Shown here: positions 1 to 12,375 of the stretch, one piece after another | Position numbering within the stretch: the stretch's first letter is position 1 | Layout of the letters: every line of letters begins with the position of its first letter | Source of the DNA: Squalus acanthias | Taxonomy: Eukaryota | Assembly (NCBI GenBank): GCA_030390025.1 | Contig: JASTWF010000034.1 | Location: forward strand, 124,001 to 188,000 | Length of the DNA stretch: 64,000 nt | Reading direction: 5' to 3' | Translations under genes and position numbers: made by a program | The notes under the pieces: generated by a model | Seen by the model: only the letters and a program-made list of their open reading frames with translations | What the model was told of the DNA's origin: nothing | Databases searched by the model: none

Positions 1-2110
1 TAGTGGGAGGACAGAGGATTGGGAAAACTTTAAAAGGCAGCAAAAAATAACAAAAAGATTGATTAAGAAAGGGAAGATAGATTATGAAAGTAAATTAGCA
101 AAAAATATAAAAACAGATAGTAAGAGTTTTTATAGTTATATAAAAAGAAAAAGGGTGGCTAAAGTAAATGTTGGTCCCTTAGAGGATGAGACCGGGAAAT
201 TAATGGTGGGAAATATGGAGATGGCAAAAACACTGAATGAATATTTTGTATCAGTCTTTACAGTAGAGGACACTAAGAATATCCCAACACTGGACAAACA
301 GGGGGCTATAGGGGGAGAGGAGCTAAACACGATCAAAATCACTAAGGAAGTGGTACTCGGTAAAATAATGGGACTCAAGGCGGATAAATCACCTGGACCT
401 GATGGCTTACATCCTAGAGTCTTGAAGGAAGTGGCGGTAGGGATTGTAGATGCATTGGTAATTTTTCAAAACTCCCTGGATTCCGCTAAGGTCCCGGCAG
501 ACTGGAAAACTGCTAATGTAACACCCTTATTTAAAAAGGGCAGTAGACAGAAGGCTGGTAACTATAGACCGGTTAGCCTAACATCTGTGGTAGGTAAAAT
601 TTTGGAGTCCATTATTAAGGAAACAGTAACAGGACATTTGGATAATCATAATTTAATAGGACAAAGTCAGCATGGTTTTACGAAGGGGAAGTCATGTTTG
701 ACAAATTTGCTGGAGTTCTTTGAGGAAGTAACATATAGAGTGGATAAAGGGGAACCAGTGGACGTAGTGTATTTAGACTTCCAAAAGGCATTTGACAAGG
801 TGCCACACAAAAGATTATTGCTTAAGGTAAAAAATCACGGGATTGGGGGTAATATTCTGGCATGGATAGAGGATTGGCTATCTAACAGAAAGCAAAGAGT
901 TGGGATAAATGGTTCATTCTCAGACTGGCAATCAGTAACTAGTGGTGTTCCACAGGGGTCAGTGCTGGGTCCCCAACTCTTTACAATCTATATTAACGAT
1001 TTGGAGGAAGGGACCAAGTGTAACATATCAAAATTTGCAGATTATACAAAGATGGGAGGGAAAGTAGTGAGTGAGGAGGACATAAAAAACCTGCAAGGGG
1101 ACATAGACAGGCTAAGTAAGTGGGCAGAGATTTGGCAGATGGAATACAACACTGGAAAGTGTGAGGTGATGCACTTTGGCAGGAAAAATCCTAGAGCAAT
1201 TTATTATCTTAATGGCAAGAAACTGGAGAGTACTGAAGTGCAAAGGGATCTGGGGGTCCTGGTGCACGAAACTCAAAAGGTTAGTATGCAGGTGCAGCAA
1301 GTGATTAAGAAGGCAAATGGAATGTTGGCTTTCATTGCTAGGGGGATAGAATATAAAAATAGGGAGGTATTGCTTCAGTTGTACAAGGTATTGGTGAGAC
1401 CGCACCTGGAATACTGCATACAGTTTTGGTGTCCTTACTTAAGGAAAGACATCCTTGCTCTCGAGGCAGTGCAAAAAAGGTTCACTCGGTTAATCCCGGG
1501 GATGAGGGGGTGGTCATATGAGGAGAGGTTGGGTAGATTGGGACTCTACTCATTGGAGTTCAGAAGAATGAGAGGCGATCTTATTGAAACATATAAGATT
1601 GTGAAGGGGTTGGATCGGGTGGATGCGGGGAGGATGTTCCCGATGATGGGTGAGACTAGAACTAGGGGACATAGTCTTAGAATAAGGGGCTGCTCTTTCA
1701 AAACTGAGATGAGGAGGAACTACTTCACTCAGAGGGTGGTAGGTCCATGGAATATGCTGCCACAAATAGCTGTAGAAGCTACATCATTAAATAAATTTAA
1801 AACAGAAATAGACAGTTTCCTAGAAGTAAAGGGCATTAAGGGTTACGGGGAGCGGGCAGGAATTTGGACATGAGTCTAGGTTCGGATCGGTCATGGCCCT
1901 GTGGGTAGTGGAGCGGGCCCAGGGACCGTGTAGCCTGATTCTGCTCCTATTTCGTGTGTGCAATTCTGTTAGATGCAGGAGATGGTTCTGTGATAGATAG
2001 TAGATTGGCGGTTAGGATCAGATCAGCCATGATCTTATTGAATGGCGGAGCAGGCTCGAGGGGCCGATTGGCCTACTCCTGCTCCTATTTCTTATGTTCT
2101 TATGTTCTTA
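1..2110 (+). mobile_element. CR1-clade LINE, RT half of ORF2 plus 3'UTR (runs off the left edge)
   Basis: ORF 59-1873 has [39 protein letters not shown] and KFADY (catalytic D mutated). 3' stem-loop ggagcagg...cctgctcc and (ttcttatg)n tail end near 2110. Confidence 0.93.
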
Positions 2111-4525
2111 TAGTCAGAGTGTGAAAGGCTTAGAGGGTGCGGAATTCTTAAAGTGCATCCAGGAGAGCTTTTTGAGCCAGCATGTAGAAAGTCCTACAAG
2201 AGAGGGGGCGGTACTGGACCTAGTTCTCGGGAATGTAGCCGGGCAAGTGGGAGAAGTGTCAGTAGGAGAGCATTTTGGTGACAGTGACCATAATTCGGTG
2301 AGATTTAAGGTAGTCATGGAAAAGGATAAAGGTTCTAAATTGGGGGAAGGCCGATTTTAATATGATAAGGCAGGATCTGGCCAAAGTGGACTGGGATCAG
2401 CTACTTGTAGGAAAATCCACATCAGAGCAGTGGGAGTCTTTCAGAAAGGAAATAGAGAGAGTACAACGCCAACACGTTCCCGTAAAGGTCAAGGGTGGGA
2501 CCAACAAGCCCAGGGAACCCTGGATGTCAAGAGCTGTACAAGAATGGATTAGGAAAAAAAGGGAGGCTTTTGGCAGATACAAAGGACTAAAAACAGTGGA
2601 AGCCCTAGAGGAGTATAGAAAGTGCAGGGGGGTACTTAAAAAAGAAATTAGGAGAGCGAAGAGGGGGCATGAAATAACACTGGTGGGCAAAATAAAGGAA
2701 AATCCCAAGGTGTTTTATAAGTATATTAAGGGCAAGAGGATAACCAGGGAAAGAGTAGGGCCCATTAGGGACCAAAGTGGCAATCTGTGTGTAGAACCAG
2801 AAGATGTAGGTGACGTTTTAAATCAATATTTTGCATCTGTGTTCACTATGGAGAAGGACGATGTAGGCATAGAAATCAGGCAGGGGGATTGTGATATACT
2901 TCAACAAATTAGTATTGAGAGGGAGGATGTACTAACGGTTTTAGCGGGCTTAAAAGTGGATAAATCCCCAGGCCCAGAGGAGATGTATCCCAGGCTGCTG
3001 TGTGAGGCAAGGGAGGAGATTGCAGGGGCTCTGACACAAATTTACAAATCCTCTCTGGCCACAGGGGAGGTGCCAGAGGACTGGAGAACAGCTAACGTAG
3101 TACAATTATTCAACAAGGGTAGTAGGGATAAACCAGGGAATTACAGGCCAGTGAGCCTAGCATCAGTGGTAGGCAAATTATTGGAAAAAATTCTGAGGGA
3201 CAGAAGTAGTCTCCACTTGGAGAGGCAAGGATTAATCAAGGATAGTCAACATGGCTTTGTCAGGGGGAGATCATGTCTAACCAATATGATTGAATTTTTT
3301 GAGGGGGTGACTAGGTGTGTGGATGAGGGTAGTGCAGTTGATGTAGTCTACATGGACTTCAATAAGGCTTTTGACAAAGTCCCGCATGGCAGACTGGTCA
3401 AGAAGGTCAGAGCCCATGGGATCCAGGGCAATTTGGCACACTGGATCCAAAATTGGCTTAGTGGCAAGAGGCAGAGGGTGATGGTCGAAGGTTGTTTTTG
3501 TGACTGGAAGCCTGTGTCCAGTGGTGTACCGCAGGGATCGATGCTGGGTCCTTTGCTGTTTGTAGTGTACATTAATGATTTAGATATGAATGTAGGACGT
3601 ATGATCAGTAAGTTCGCAGATGACACGAAAATTGGTGGAGTGGTAAATAGCGAGGAGGGAAGCCTCAGGCTACAGGAGGATATAGACGGGTTGGTCAGAT
3701 GGGCAGAACAGTGGCAAATGGAATTTAACCCTGAAAAGTATGAGGTCATGCATTTTGGGAGGACTAACAAGGCAAGGGAATACACAATGAATGGTAGGAT
3801 CCTAGGAAGGACAGAGGATCAGAGAGACCTTGGTGTGCATGTATATAGATCCCTGAAGGCAGCAGGACAGGTAGATAAGGTGGTTAAAAAGGCATAAGGT
3901 ATACTTGCCTTCATTAGCCGAGGCATAGAATATAAGAGCAGGGAGGTTATGATGGAGCTGTACAAAACGCTAGTTAGGCCACAGCTGGAATACTGTGTGC
4001 AGTTCTGGTCGCCACACTATAGGAAGAATGTGATTGCATTGGAGAGGGTGCAGAGGAGATTCACCAGGATGTTACCTGGGCTGGAGCGCTTCAGCTATGA
4101 AGAGAGAGTGGTCAGGCTGGGGTTGTTTTCCTTAGAGCAGAGAAGGCTGAGGGGGGACCTGATTGAGGTGTACAAAATTATGAGGGGCATAGATAGGGTG
4201 GATAGAAAGGAACGTTTCCCCTTAGTAGAGGGGTCAATAACCAGGGGGTATAGTTTCAAGATAAGGGGCAGGAGGTTTAGAGGGGATTTGAGGAAAATCT
4301 TTTTCACCCAGAGGGTGGTTGGAATCTGGAACTCACTGCCTGAAAGGCTGGTAGAGGCAGGAACCCTCACAACATTCAAGAAGCATTTAGATGAGCACTT
4401 GAAACGCCACAGCACACAAGGCTACGGACCAAGTGCTGGAAAATGGGATTAGAATAGACAGGGCTTGATGGGCAGCACAGACACGATGGGCCGAAGCGTC
4501 TCTTTCTGTGCTGTATGACTCTAAG
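2111..4525 (+). mobile_element. 5'-truncated CR1 LINE (family B), disrupted ORF2
   Basis: End of APE domain (LDLVL..DSDH), RT with KFADD, stop at 3895-3897, C-terminus ...GYGPSAGKWD. Near-identical copies at 20657-24245 and 47728-49089. Confidence 0.93.
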
Positions 4526-4901
4526 TAAAACCACACGGGGCACAGAGAGACAGAAATGCAGACATGTGGTTTGACTCAAGGTTACAAGCTGTAACAACAA
4601 GTGAGATCATAAAGACCAGTGACCAGCTGGAATAGACATAGGGGCGAACGGTTATGTGACGCGAGATTGGAAATTTGCCAATCAACAACTGTGCACGCGG
4701 GCCTTAGGCCAATTAAAACTGTGTAACGGGATCGTACACGGGACTGAGCTTGTATGATTAAGTGTATAAAAGATTGCTTAAAATTTGTAACAGCGGAGGA
4801 GTCTCCTGGTGCGCCAGTCGAGATTGTCTTCCAACCGGTGTAATAAAGACCATTTGAATAACGATCTAAAACCTTGTGTTGGTTTAAAATACTCCACAGC
4901 A
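4526..4901 (+). mobile_element. Partial solo LTR related to the ERV LTRs at 37620-46880
   Basis: CCAAT boxes, TATAAAA (about 4765) and AATAAA. The end 'ccggtgtaataaagac...aaaaccttgtgttggtttaaaata.tccacagca' matches the R/U5 end of the ERV LTRs. Confidence 0.7.
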
Positions 4902-6312
4902 CCAGGAATCAATCTAGTGAAGCTTCGTTGCACCACATCCAAGGCAAATATATCCTTCCTTAGATAAGGAGACCAAAACTGTGCACAGTACTCCAGGTGT
5001 GGTCTCACCAAGGCCCTGTACAATTGTAGCAAGACTTCCTTACTCTCATACTCCAACCCCCTTGCAATAAAGGCCAACATGCCATTTGCCTTCCTTATTG
5101 CTTGCTGTACCAGCATACTAGCTTTCTGTGTTTCTTGCACGAGGACACCCAAATCTCTCTGAACACCAAATTTTGAAAGTTTCTCCCCATTTAAAAAATA
5201 TTCTGTTTTTCTATTCTTCCTACCAAAGTGAATAACCTCACATTTTCCTACATTATACTCCATCTGCCACCTTACTGCCCACTCACTTAATCTATCTATA
5301 TCCCTTTGCAGACTCTTTGTGTTCTCCTCACAGCTTACTCTCCCACCTAGCTTTGTATCATCAGCAAACTTGGATACATTACACTTGGTCCCTTCATCTA
5401 GGTCATTAATATAGATTGTAAATAACTGAGGCCCCAACACTGATCTATGCGGCACCCCACTCGTTCCAGACTGCCAACCTGAAAAAGACCCGTTTATCCC
5501 TACTCTCTGTTTTCTGCCCATTAACCAATCCTCTATCCATGCTACTATATTGCAACACGGTGGCATAGTGGTTAGAACTGGTGCCTCACAGCGCCAGAGA
5601 CCCGGGTTCGAATCTGACCTCGGGTGACTGTCTGTGTGGAGTTTGCACATTCTCCCCGTGTCTGCGTGGGTTTTCTCCGGGTGCTCCGGTTTCCTTCCAC
5701 AGTCCAAAAGTGTGCGGGTTAGGTTGATTTGGCTATGATAAATTGACCCTTAGTGTTAGGGGGGGATTAAATATGTGGGGATAGGATATGTTAGGGGGAA
5801 TTAAATACGTGGGGTTACGGGGGTAGAGTGGGATATGTGTACTGTGGGGATTAAAGCAGGGACAGGGTACTGGACTTGGATGATCAGCCATGATCGTATT
5901 GAATGGTGGAGCAGGCTCGACGGGCCGAATGGCCTACTCCTGCATCTAGATTCTATGTTTCTATGTTTCTACCCAACCCCATGAGGCCTAATCTTGTGTA
6001 ATAATCTTTTATGTGGCACCTTATCGAATGCCTTTTGGAAATCCAAATATGCTACATCCACTGGTTCCCCTTTATCTACCCTGCTAGTTACATCCTCAAA
6101 AAACTCTAATAAATTTGTCAAACACGATTTCCCTTTCATAAAACCATGTTAACTCTGCCTAATCATGTTATGATTTTCTAAGTGCCCTGATACCACTTCC
6201 TTAACAATGGATTCCAGCATTTTCCCAACAACTGATGTCAGGCAAACTGGCCTGTAGTTCCCTGTTTTTTCTCACCCTCCTTTCTTGAATAGTGGTGTTA
6301 CATTTGCGACCT
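4902..6312 (-). mobile_element. CR1 RT fragment interrupted by a SINE
   Basis: ORF 4778-5707(-) has CR1 RT motifs (KFADDTKLGG). CR1 sequence resumes at 5971. Confidence 0.88.
5552..5970 (+). mobile_element. tRNA-derived V-SINE (HE1-like) with CR1-derived tail
   Basis: A box tggcatagtgg, B box ggttcgaatc, V-domain 'tgtgtggagtttgcacattctccccgtgtctgcgtgggtt', CR1-type 3' stem-loop and (ttctatgt)n tail. Second copy at 61973. Confidence 0.88.
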
Positions 6313-6396
6313 TTTTACTAATCCAGTAACATTACCACCATGCTACCGTTCCCGAGTTAGCAATTCAGTGATGTCAAGTCTGTCTCTCTCTCCACA

Positions 6397-7780
6397 GGTT
6401 AGATACAGAGTAAAGCTCCCTCCACACTGTCCCATCAAACACTTCCAGGGCAAGTACAGCATGGGTTAGATACAGAGTAAAGCTCGCTCTACACTGTCCC
6501 ATCAAACACTCCCGGGGCAGGTACAGCACGGGTTAGATACAGAGTAAAGCTCCCTCGACACTGTCCCATCAAACACTCCCGGGGCAGGTACAGCACGGGT
6601 TAGATACAGAGTAAAGCTCCCTCTACACTGTCCCATCAAACACTCCCAGGGCAGCTAAAGCACGGGTTAGATACAGAGTAAAGCTCCCTCTACACTGTCC
6701 CATCAAACACTCCCAGGGCAGGTACAGCACGGGTTAGATACAGAGTAAAGCTCCCTCTACACTGTCCCATCAAACACTCCCAGGGCAGGTACAGCACAGG
6801 TTAGATACAGAGTAAAGTTCCCTCTACACTGTCCCATCAAACACTTCCAGGGCAAGTACAGCACGGGTTAGATACAGAGTAAAGCTCCCTCGACACTGTC
6901 CCATCAAACACTCTCAGGGCAGGTACAGCACGGGTTAGATACTGAGTAAAGCTCCCTCTACACTGTCCCATCAAACACTCCCGGGGCAGGTACAGCATAG
7001 GTTAGATACAGAGTAAAGCTCCCTCGACACTGTCCCATCAAACACACCCAGAGCAGGTGCAGCATGGGTTAGATACAGAGTAAAGCTCCCTCTACACTGT
7101 CCCATGAGAAACTCCCAGGGCAGGTACAGCACGGGTTACATACAGAGTAAAGCTCCCTCTACACTGTCCCATCAAACACTCCCAGGGCAGGTACAGCGCA
7201 GGTTAGATACAGAGTAAAGCTCCCTCTACACTGTTCCATCAAACACTCCCAGGGCAGGTACAGCACGGGTTAGAATAAAGCTCCCTCTACACTGTCCCAT
7301 GACAAACTCCCAGGGCAGGTACAGCACGGGTTAGATACAGAGTAAATCTCCCTCTACACTGTCCCATCAAACACTCCCAGGGCAGGTACAGCGTGGGTCA
7401 GATACAGAGTAAAGTTCCCTCTACACTGTCCCATCAAACACTCCCAGGGCAGGTACAGCACGGGTTAGATACAGAGTAAAGCTCCCTCTACACTGTCCCA
7501 TCAAACACTCCCAGGGCAGGTACAGCACAGGTTAGATACAGAGTAAAGCTCCCTCCACACTGTCCCATCAAACACTCCCAGGGCAGGTACAGCACAGGTT
7601 AGATACAGAGTAAAGCTCCCTCTACACTGTCCCATCAAACACTCCCAGGGCAGGTACAGCACGGGTCAGATACAGAGTAAAGCTCCTTCTACACTGTCCC
7701 ATCAAACACTCCAGGGCAGGTACAGCACGGGTTAGATACAGAGTAAAGCTCCTTCTACACTGTCCCATCAAACACTCCAG
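6397..7780 (+). repeat. 67-bp tandem repeat, about 21 copies
   Basis: Unit gggttagatacagagtaaagctccctctacactgtcccatcaaacactcccagggcaggtacagcac. Reverse-strand copies at about 54675-54785 and 61667-61970. Confidence 0.95.
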
Positions 7781-9357
7781 GGCCCTGCCGAGGGAGCTTT
7801 ATTCTGGATGTAAACTGTGCTGTCACTGCCTCGGGAGTCACAGATGCAAACAAAGGTGCTCCGTCTGATAGAATGTCTCATTCCCCGGCTCTGACGTCCA
7901 TCACCTCGATGAGCACAAAGATTCACCTGAAGAAGGTAAGACAAACCCATCAGCCGCTCCCCGACACAGATACCGAGGGACAGGGAGTGTCCGGACAATG
8001 ACATTTCTCACTCAATAAGGTATAAATTGATCCTGTACCTCTCCCCATTAATCCTGGGCTCCACACGGGGCGACTCCTGCTCCTGTTTCCCTTCCTGTAA
8101 CAGCACTGAGCTAAACCCAGCCCATAATGAGCAGGGCTCAGGGAGGTTGGTTGCTAGGCACTGCAGTGATGTCATAAAGCAGGGCCATTCAGCCCAGCTG
8201 GTCGTCTCCTTGTCCCTTTAAAGGTGGAGAGCGGAGTCACCCTGTCTCCAAACACACCCCACCTGTTCAAACTGAGAATCCCCAGGGAAGGCCCAAGGCC
8301 CAGAGTGTGGAACACAACCAAGGAGGAAAGAGGAGGAGAGAAGCGGAGGTAAATCAAGGAGGCGGGACTGAGGGACACCAAGCTTCAGTTTTCGAGCCTG
8401 TAGACTTCAGGAGGGGAAGAGTGAGTTCAGTAGTTTTAGGATCCAGGGAGAGAACAAGGAGCAGATGGGGAGACTGGTGTGGATTCCAGCACAGTGAGGA
8501 TGTAGGGGGAGGAAGATTGTGTCGGGCCGTGTATTAGGGGTGTAGGAGGGACAAGAGAGGAAAGGTCAGAGGAGCAATTACTGCAGCAGTGCCCATAAAT
8601 AGTGAGAGAGAGAGAAGGTGGGGGTTCGAGTGGACCAGGGACTGTCTGTTAAACTCTCTGTTTGCTGTGACCAGTTTTCCTTCAGTTAAAAATGGCCTCC
8701 TGTAGCCCAGTGACACAAACAGCCCATTAAACTCCACCAATGGCCTTTGGTCTGGTGAGGTCTCCCTTTGTGAAACATCGGCTGCTGTTAAAGCTTTTCA
8801 TTCTGACACGCTCACACTGAGAAATGAGCTGCAGAACTGCCGACACTGTCAGCTTTAAGGAGACGTTTCCCTTTGGAGATCGGATTGCCCATTGAGTTTA
8901 TTAAACTGATGTTAAAGTAACAAGGCTGCTTTGCCCCGTGACAATAACAGATTATCAGAATATTTCCCATAGGTTAAAATCCAATGTTACAGGGACTCAC
9001 TGCCCTGGATGGTTGAAGTCGACCCTGTAATATAATAGAATTTTCTGTCCTGTCAGACTTGGACATCTTGTAGATCCATCTTTTAAAAAGTTGTGGGATT
9101 TCAGTTCTCAGATGGATTCCACTCAGTTTGTAACAAGTCCTCAATCAGCTCGTCTTATTGTCGAGATATCAAGGACCCGACACACTGCGTGTGTGTGAAA
9201 CAAAGCTAATTTATTTAACATTGATACAGATTAAACTCCAGCCCAGTTATAGGGGTTACTAACATCAGCTGAAACAAACCCCAACTGTCAGAATGAACAT
9301 GGTTCAGTCCTGGATGTGATTAACAGCAGCAATAACAGCAGAATTCAACCCCCGCAG

Positions 9358-10645
9358 TCACTTGTGAACTCGCTGGTGTGTCCGCAGGTTGGACGACTGA
9401 GTGAATCCCTTCCCACACTCAGAGCAGGTGAATGGCCTCTCCCCAGTGTGAACTCGCTGGTGTGTCCGCAGGTTGGATAAATTAGTGAATCCCTTCCCAC
9501 ACTCGGGGCAGGTGAACGGCCTCTCCCCAGTGTGAATTCGCTGGTGTGTCAGCAGATCCTTTGTGCTTTTAAAGCTCTTCTCACACTCAGAACATTTAAA
9601 AGGTCTCTTATTAGTGTGAACAAGTTGGTGTGTCCGGAAGTTGGATGACTGAGTGAATCTCATCCCACACACAGAGCAGGTGAACGGCTTCTCCTTAGTG
9701 TGAACCCGCTGGTGTGTCTGCAGATGGGAAGAATGAGCAAATCCTTTCCCACACACAGAGCAGGTGAACAGCCTCTCCCCTGTGTGAACTAGCTGGTGTG
9801 TCAACAGGTTGGCTGAACGAGTGAATCTCTTCCCACATATGGAGCAAGTGAACAACCTCTCCCTGGTGTGAGCTCGCTGGTGTTTCAGCAGGTTGGATGA
9901 ACGAGTGAACCCCTTCCCACATACGGAGCAAGTGAACAACCTCTCCCTGGTGTGAACTCGCTGGTGTTTCAGTACGTTGGATGAGTGGGCAAATGTCTTT
10001 GCACAGTGAGAGCACCTGAACGGTCTCTCGTCACTGTGAACTCGCTGGTGTGTCAGCAGGTGGTTGGATTCAGAAAATCCCTTCCCACACAATGAGCAGG
10101 TGAACGGCCTCTCCCCAGTGTGAATTTGCTGGTGTTTTAGCAGGTTTGATGTTTCTTTGAAAGTCTTCAGGCAGTGAGAGCAACTGAAGGGTCTCTCCCC
10201 AGTGTGAATGCGCCGATGAGTTTCCAGTTGGGACGGGTAATTGAATCCCTTCCCACAGTCCTCACATTTCCACGGTTTCTCCGTGGTGGGTGTCCTTGTG
10301 TCTCTCCAGCTTGGATGATCAGTTGAAGCCTCGTTCACACACAGAACACGTGTACGGTTTCTTCCTACAGTGAATGATGCAACTTTTTTCAGGCTGTGTA
10401 ACTGGTTAAAGCTCTTTCCACAGTCAGTGCACTGGAACACTCTCACTCGGGTGTGTGTGTCTCGGTGCTTTTCCAGTCACACTGATGTTTGAAATCTTTT
10501 CCCACAGACAGAACAGACAAACATTTCTCCTTCCACATTCAAAGGCCGATGATATTCAGGTCCTGATGAATGAAGTGACTCTGTCAGATCTTGATGTGAT
10601 GTTTGGTTTGAGCTTGCATTCCGTGAATGCTGCCTTTCTCACAGC
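9358..10645 (-). CDS. C2H2 zinc-finger gene copy 1, last exon (11 canonical fingers; no in-frame ATG ahead of the fingers, possibly a pseudogene)
   Basis: ORF 9358-10446 with repeated TGERPF-C-x2-C...H-x3-H units. Splice acceptor ttttacag| at 10646/10645. The paralogous MEKPW start is ACG here. Confidence 0.8.
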
Positions 10646-10712
10646 CTGTAAAAGGAGTTTACAAAAGTCATCATTGCAAAGCAAGAATAGAAAATCGGAA
10701 CAGACAATTCTA

Positions 10713-11380
10713 GGTGCTGATACTGGTTGGGTTCAGTTCTAAACTCACTGGTTCCCCTCTCTCTCCTCCCCTGAAGGTGCTGACTCTGGCTGGGTTCTGT
10801 TCTAAACTCACTGGTTCCACTTCCTCTCCTCCCCTGAAGGTGCTGACTCTGGCTGTGTTCAGTTCTACACTCACTGGTTCCACTCTCTCCTCCCCTGAAG
10901 GTGCTGACTCTGGCTGGGTTCAGTTCTACACTCAGTGGTTCCCCTCCCTCTCCTCCCCTGAGGGTGCTGACTCTGGCTGGGTTCAGTTCTACACTCACTG
11001 GTTCCACTCTCTCCTCCCCTGAAGGTGCTGACTCTGGCTGGGTTCAGTTCTCCACTCACTGGTTCCCCTCCCCCTCCTCCCTTGAAGGTGCTGACTCTGG
11101 CTGGGTTCAGTTCTGCACTTACTGGTTCCCCTCCCTCTCCTCCCCTGAGGGTGCTGACTCTGGCTGTGTTCAGTTCTACACTCACTGGTTCCACTCCCTC
11201 TCCTCCCCTGAAGGTGCTGACTCTGGCTGGGTTCAGTTCTACACTCACTGGTTCCTCTCCCTCTCCTCCCCTGAAGGTGCTGACTCTGGCTGGGTTCAGT
11301 TCTACACTCACTGGTTCCTCTCCCTCTCCTCCCCTGAAGGTGCTGACTCTGGCTGGGTTCAGTTCCACACTCACTGGTTC
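10713..11380. repeat. About 63-bp tandem repeat, about 11 copies
   Basis: Unit gaaggtgctgactctggctgggttcagttctacactcactggttcc(c/t)ctccctctcctcccct. Confidence 0.93.
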
Positions 11381-11817
11381 ATAAGAACATAAGAAATAGG
11401 AGCAGGAGTGGGCCTCATCTCAGTCTGACCCCTTATTCTGAGACTGTGACCCCTGGTTCTAGACTCCCCAGCCAGGGGAAACATCCTCCCTGCATCTACC
11501 CTGTCAAGCCCTGTAAGAATTTTGTATGTTTCAATGAGATCACCTTTCATTCTTCTAAACTCCAGAGAATATAGGCCCATTCTACTCAATTTCTCCTCAT
11601 AGGACAAACCCCCCATCCCAGGAACCAGTCTGGTGAACCTTCGTTGCACTCCCTCTATGGCAAGTATATCCTTCCTTAGGTAAGGAGACCAAAACTGTAC
11701 ATAATACTCCAGGTGTGATCTCACCAGGGCCCTACATAATAGCAGTAAGACGTCTTTACTCTTATACTCAAATCCTCTTGTAACAAAGGCCAACATACCA
11801 TTTGCTTTCCTAATTGC
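11381..11817 (-). mobile_element. CR1 3' fragment (continues at 16397-16490 after a nested insertion)
   Basis: KANGMLAF...YSLEFRRM in ORF 11371-11934(-). Tail cataagaacataagaaat. Confidence 0.85.
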
Positions 11818-12375
11818 CAGCGTCGACAGCGGGGGAGGAGGAGCCTTTCTTTCTTTCTCTCTCCCACAGAGCGGTCGGCAGCGGGGAAGGAGGAGCGGAC
11901 CTGGTTGGAGCGGCAGAGGCCTGAGGTGAGTCAATAAAGGGAGGCCCGAGGCTCAGGTAGGCCTCAGACCAGCGTCGACAGCGGGGGAGGAGGAGCCTTT
12001 CTTTCTTTCTCTCTCCCACAGAGTGGTCGGCAGCGGGGAAGGAGGAGCGGACCTGGTTGGCGCGGCAGAGGCCTGAGGTGAGTCATTAAACTCACCTACG
12101 TGGCCTTTTTCCCCAGCGGGGTAAGAGCTTCGCGGGATTTTTCAAAGGCAGGGGGCGGGGCCAATTCATTGGTACCCGTATATAGGTGGAGCGGTTGCTA
12201 AACCCGAGACACTACACTAGTAGTGACTCCCACCCTCCCACCTCCTCTAACCTTTAGGGGTAGAGGGAATTTAAAAGGTAGGTTCGATTTTATATTTTGT
12301 TTTCAGGGACTTAACTCCTGGACCTAAGATAAATAAGTTTAAATTTTAGTAATAAAGTTACATAAGGGTTAAGTC

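Noticed and set aside
5552..5625. tRNA gene
   Set aside because: It is the tRNA-derived head of a SINE followed by a V-domain and LINE tail, as is the copy at 61973.
4778..5707. 309-aa novel fusion protein
   Set aside because: Chance ORF running through antisense SINE, CR1 RT and LTR sequence.
6397..7780. CRISPR-like regular array
   Set aside because: Head-to-tail 67-bp units with no unique spacers, eukaryotic context and no cas genes.
7847..7940. Possible small exon (cag|...aag|gtaaga)
   Set aside because: No recognisable protein similarity or partner exons, so it cannot be supported.
10639..11392. Several repetitive ORFs on both strands
   Set aside because: Products of the 63-bp tandem repeat.
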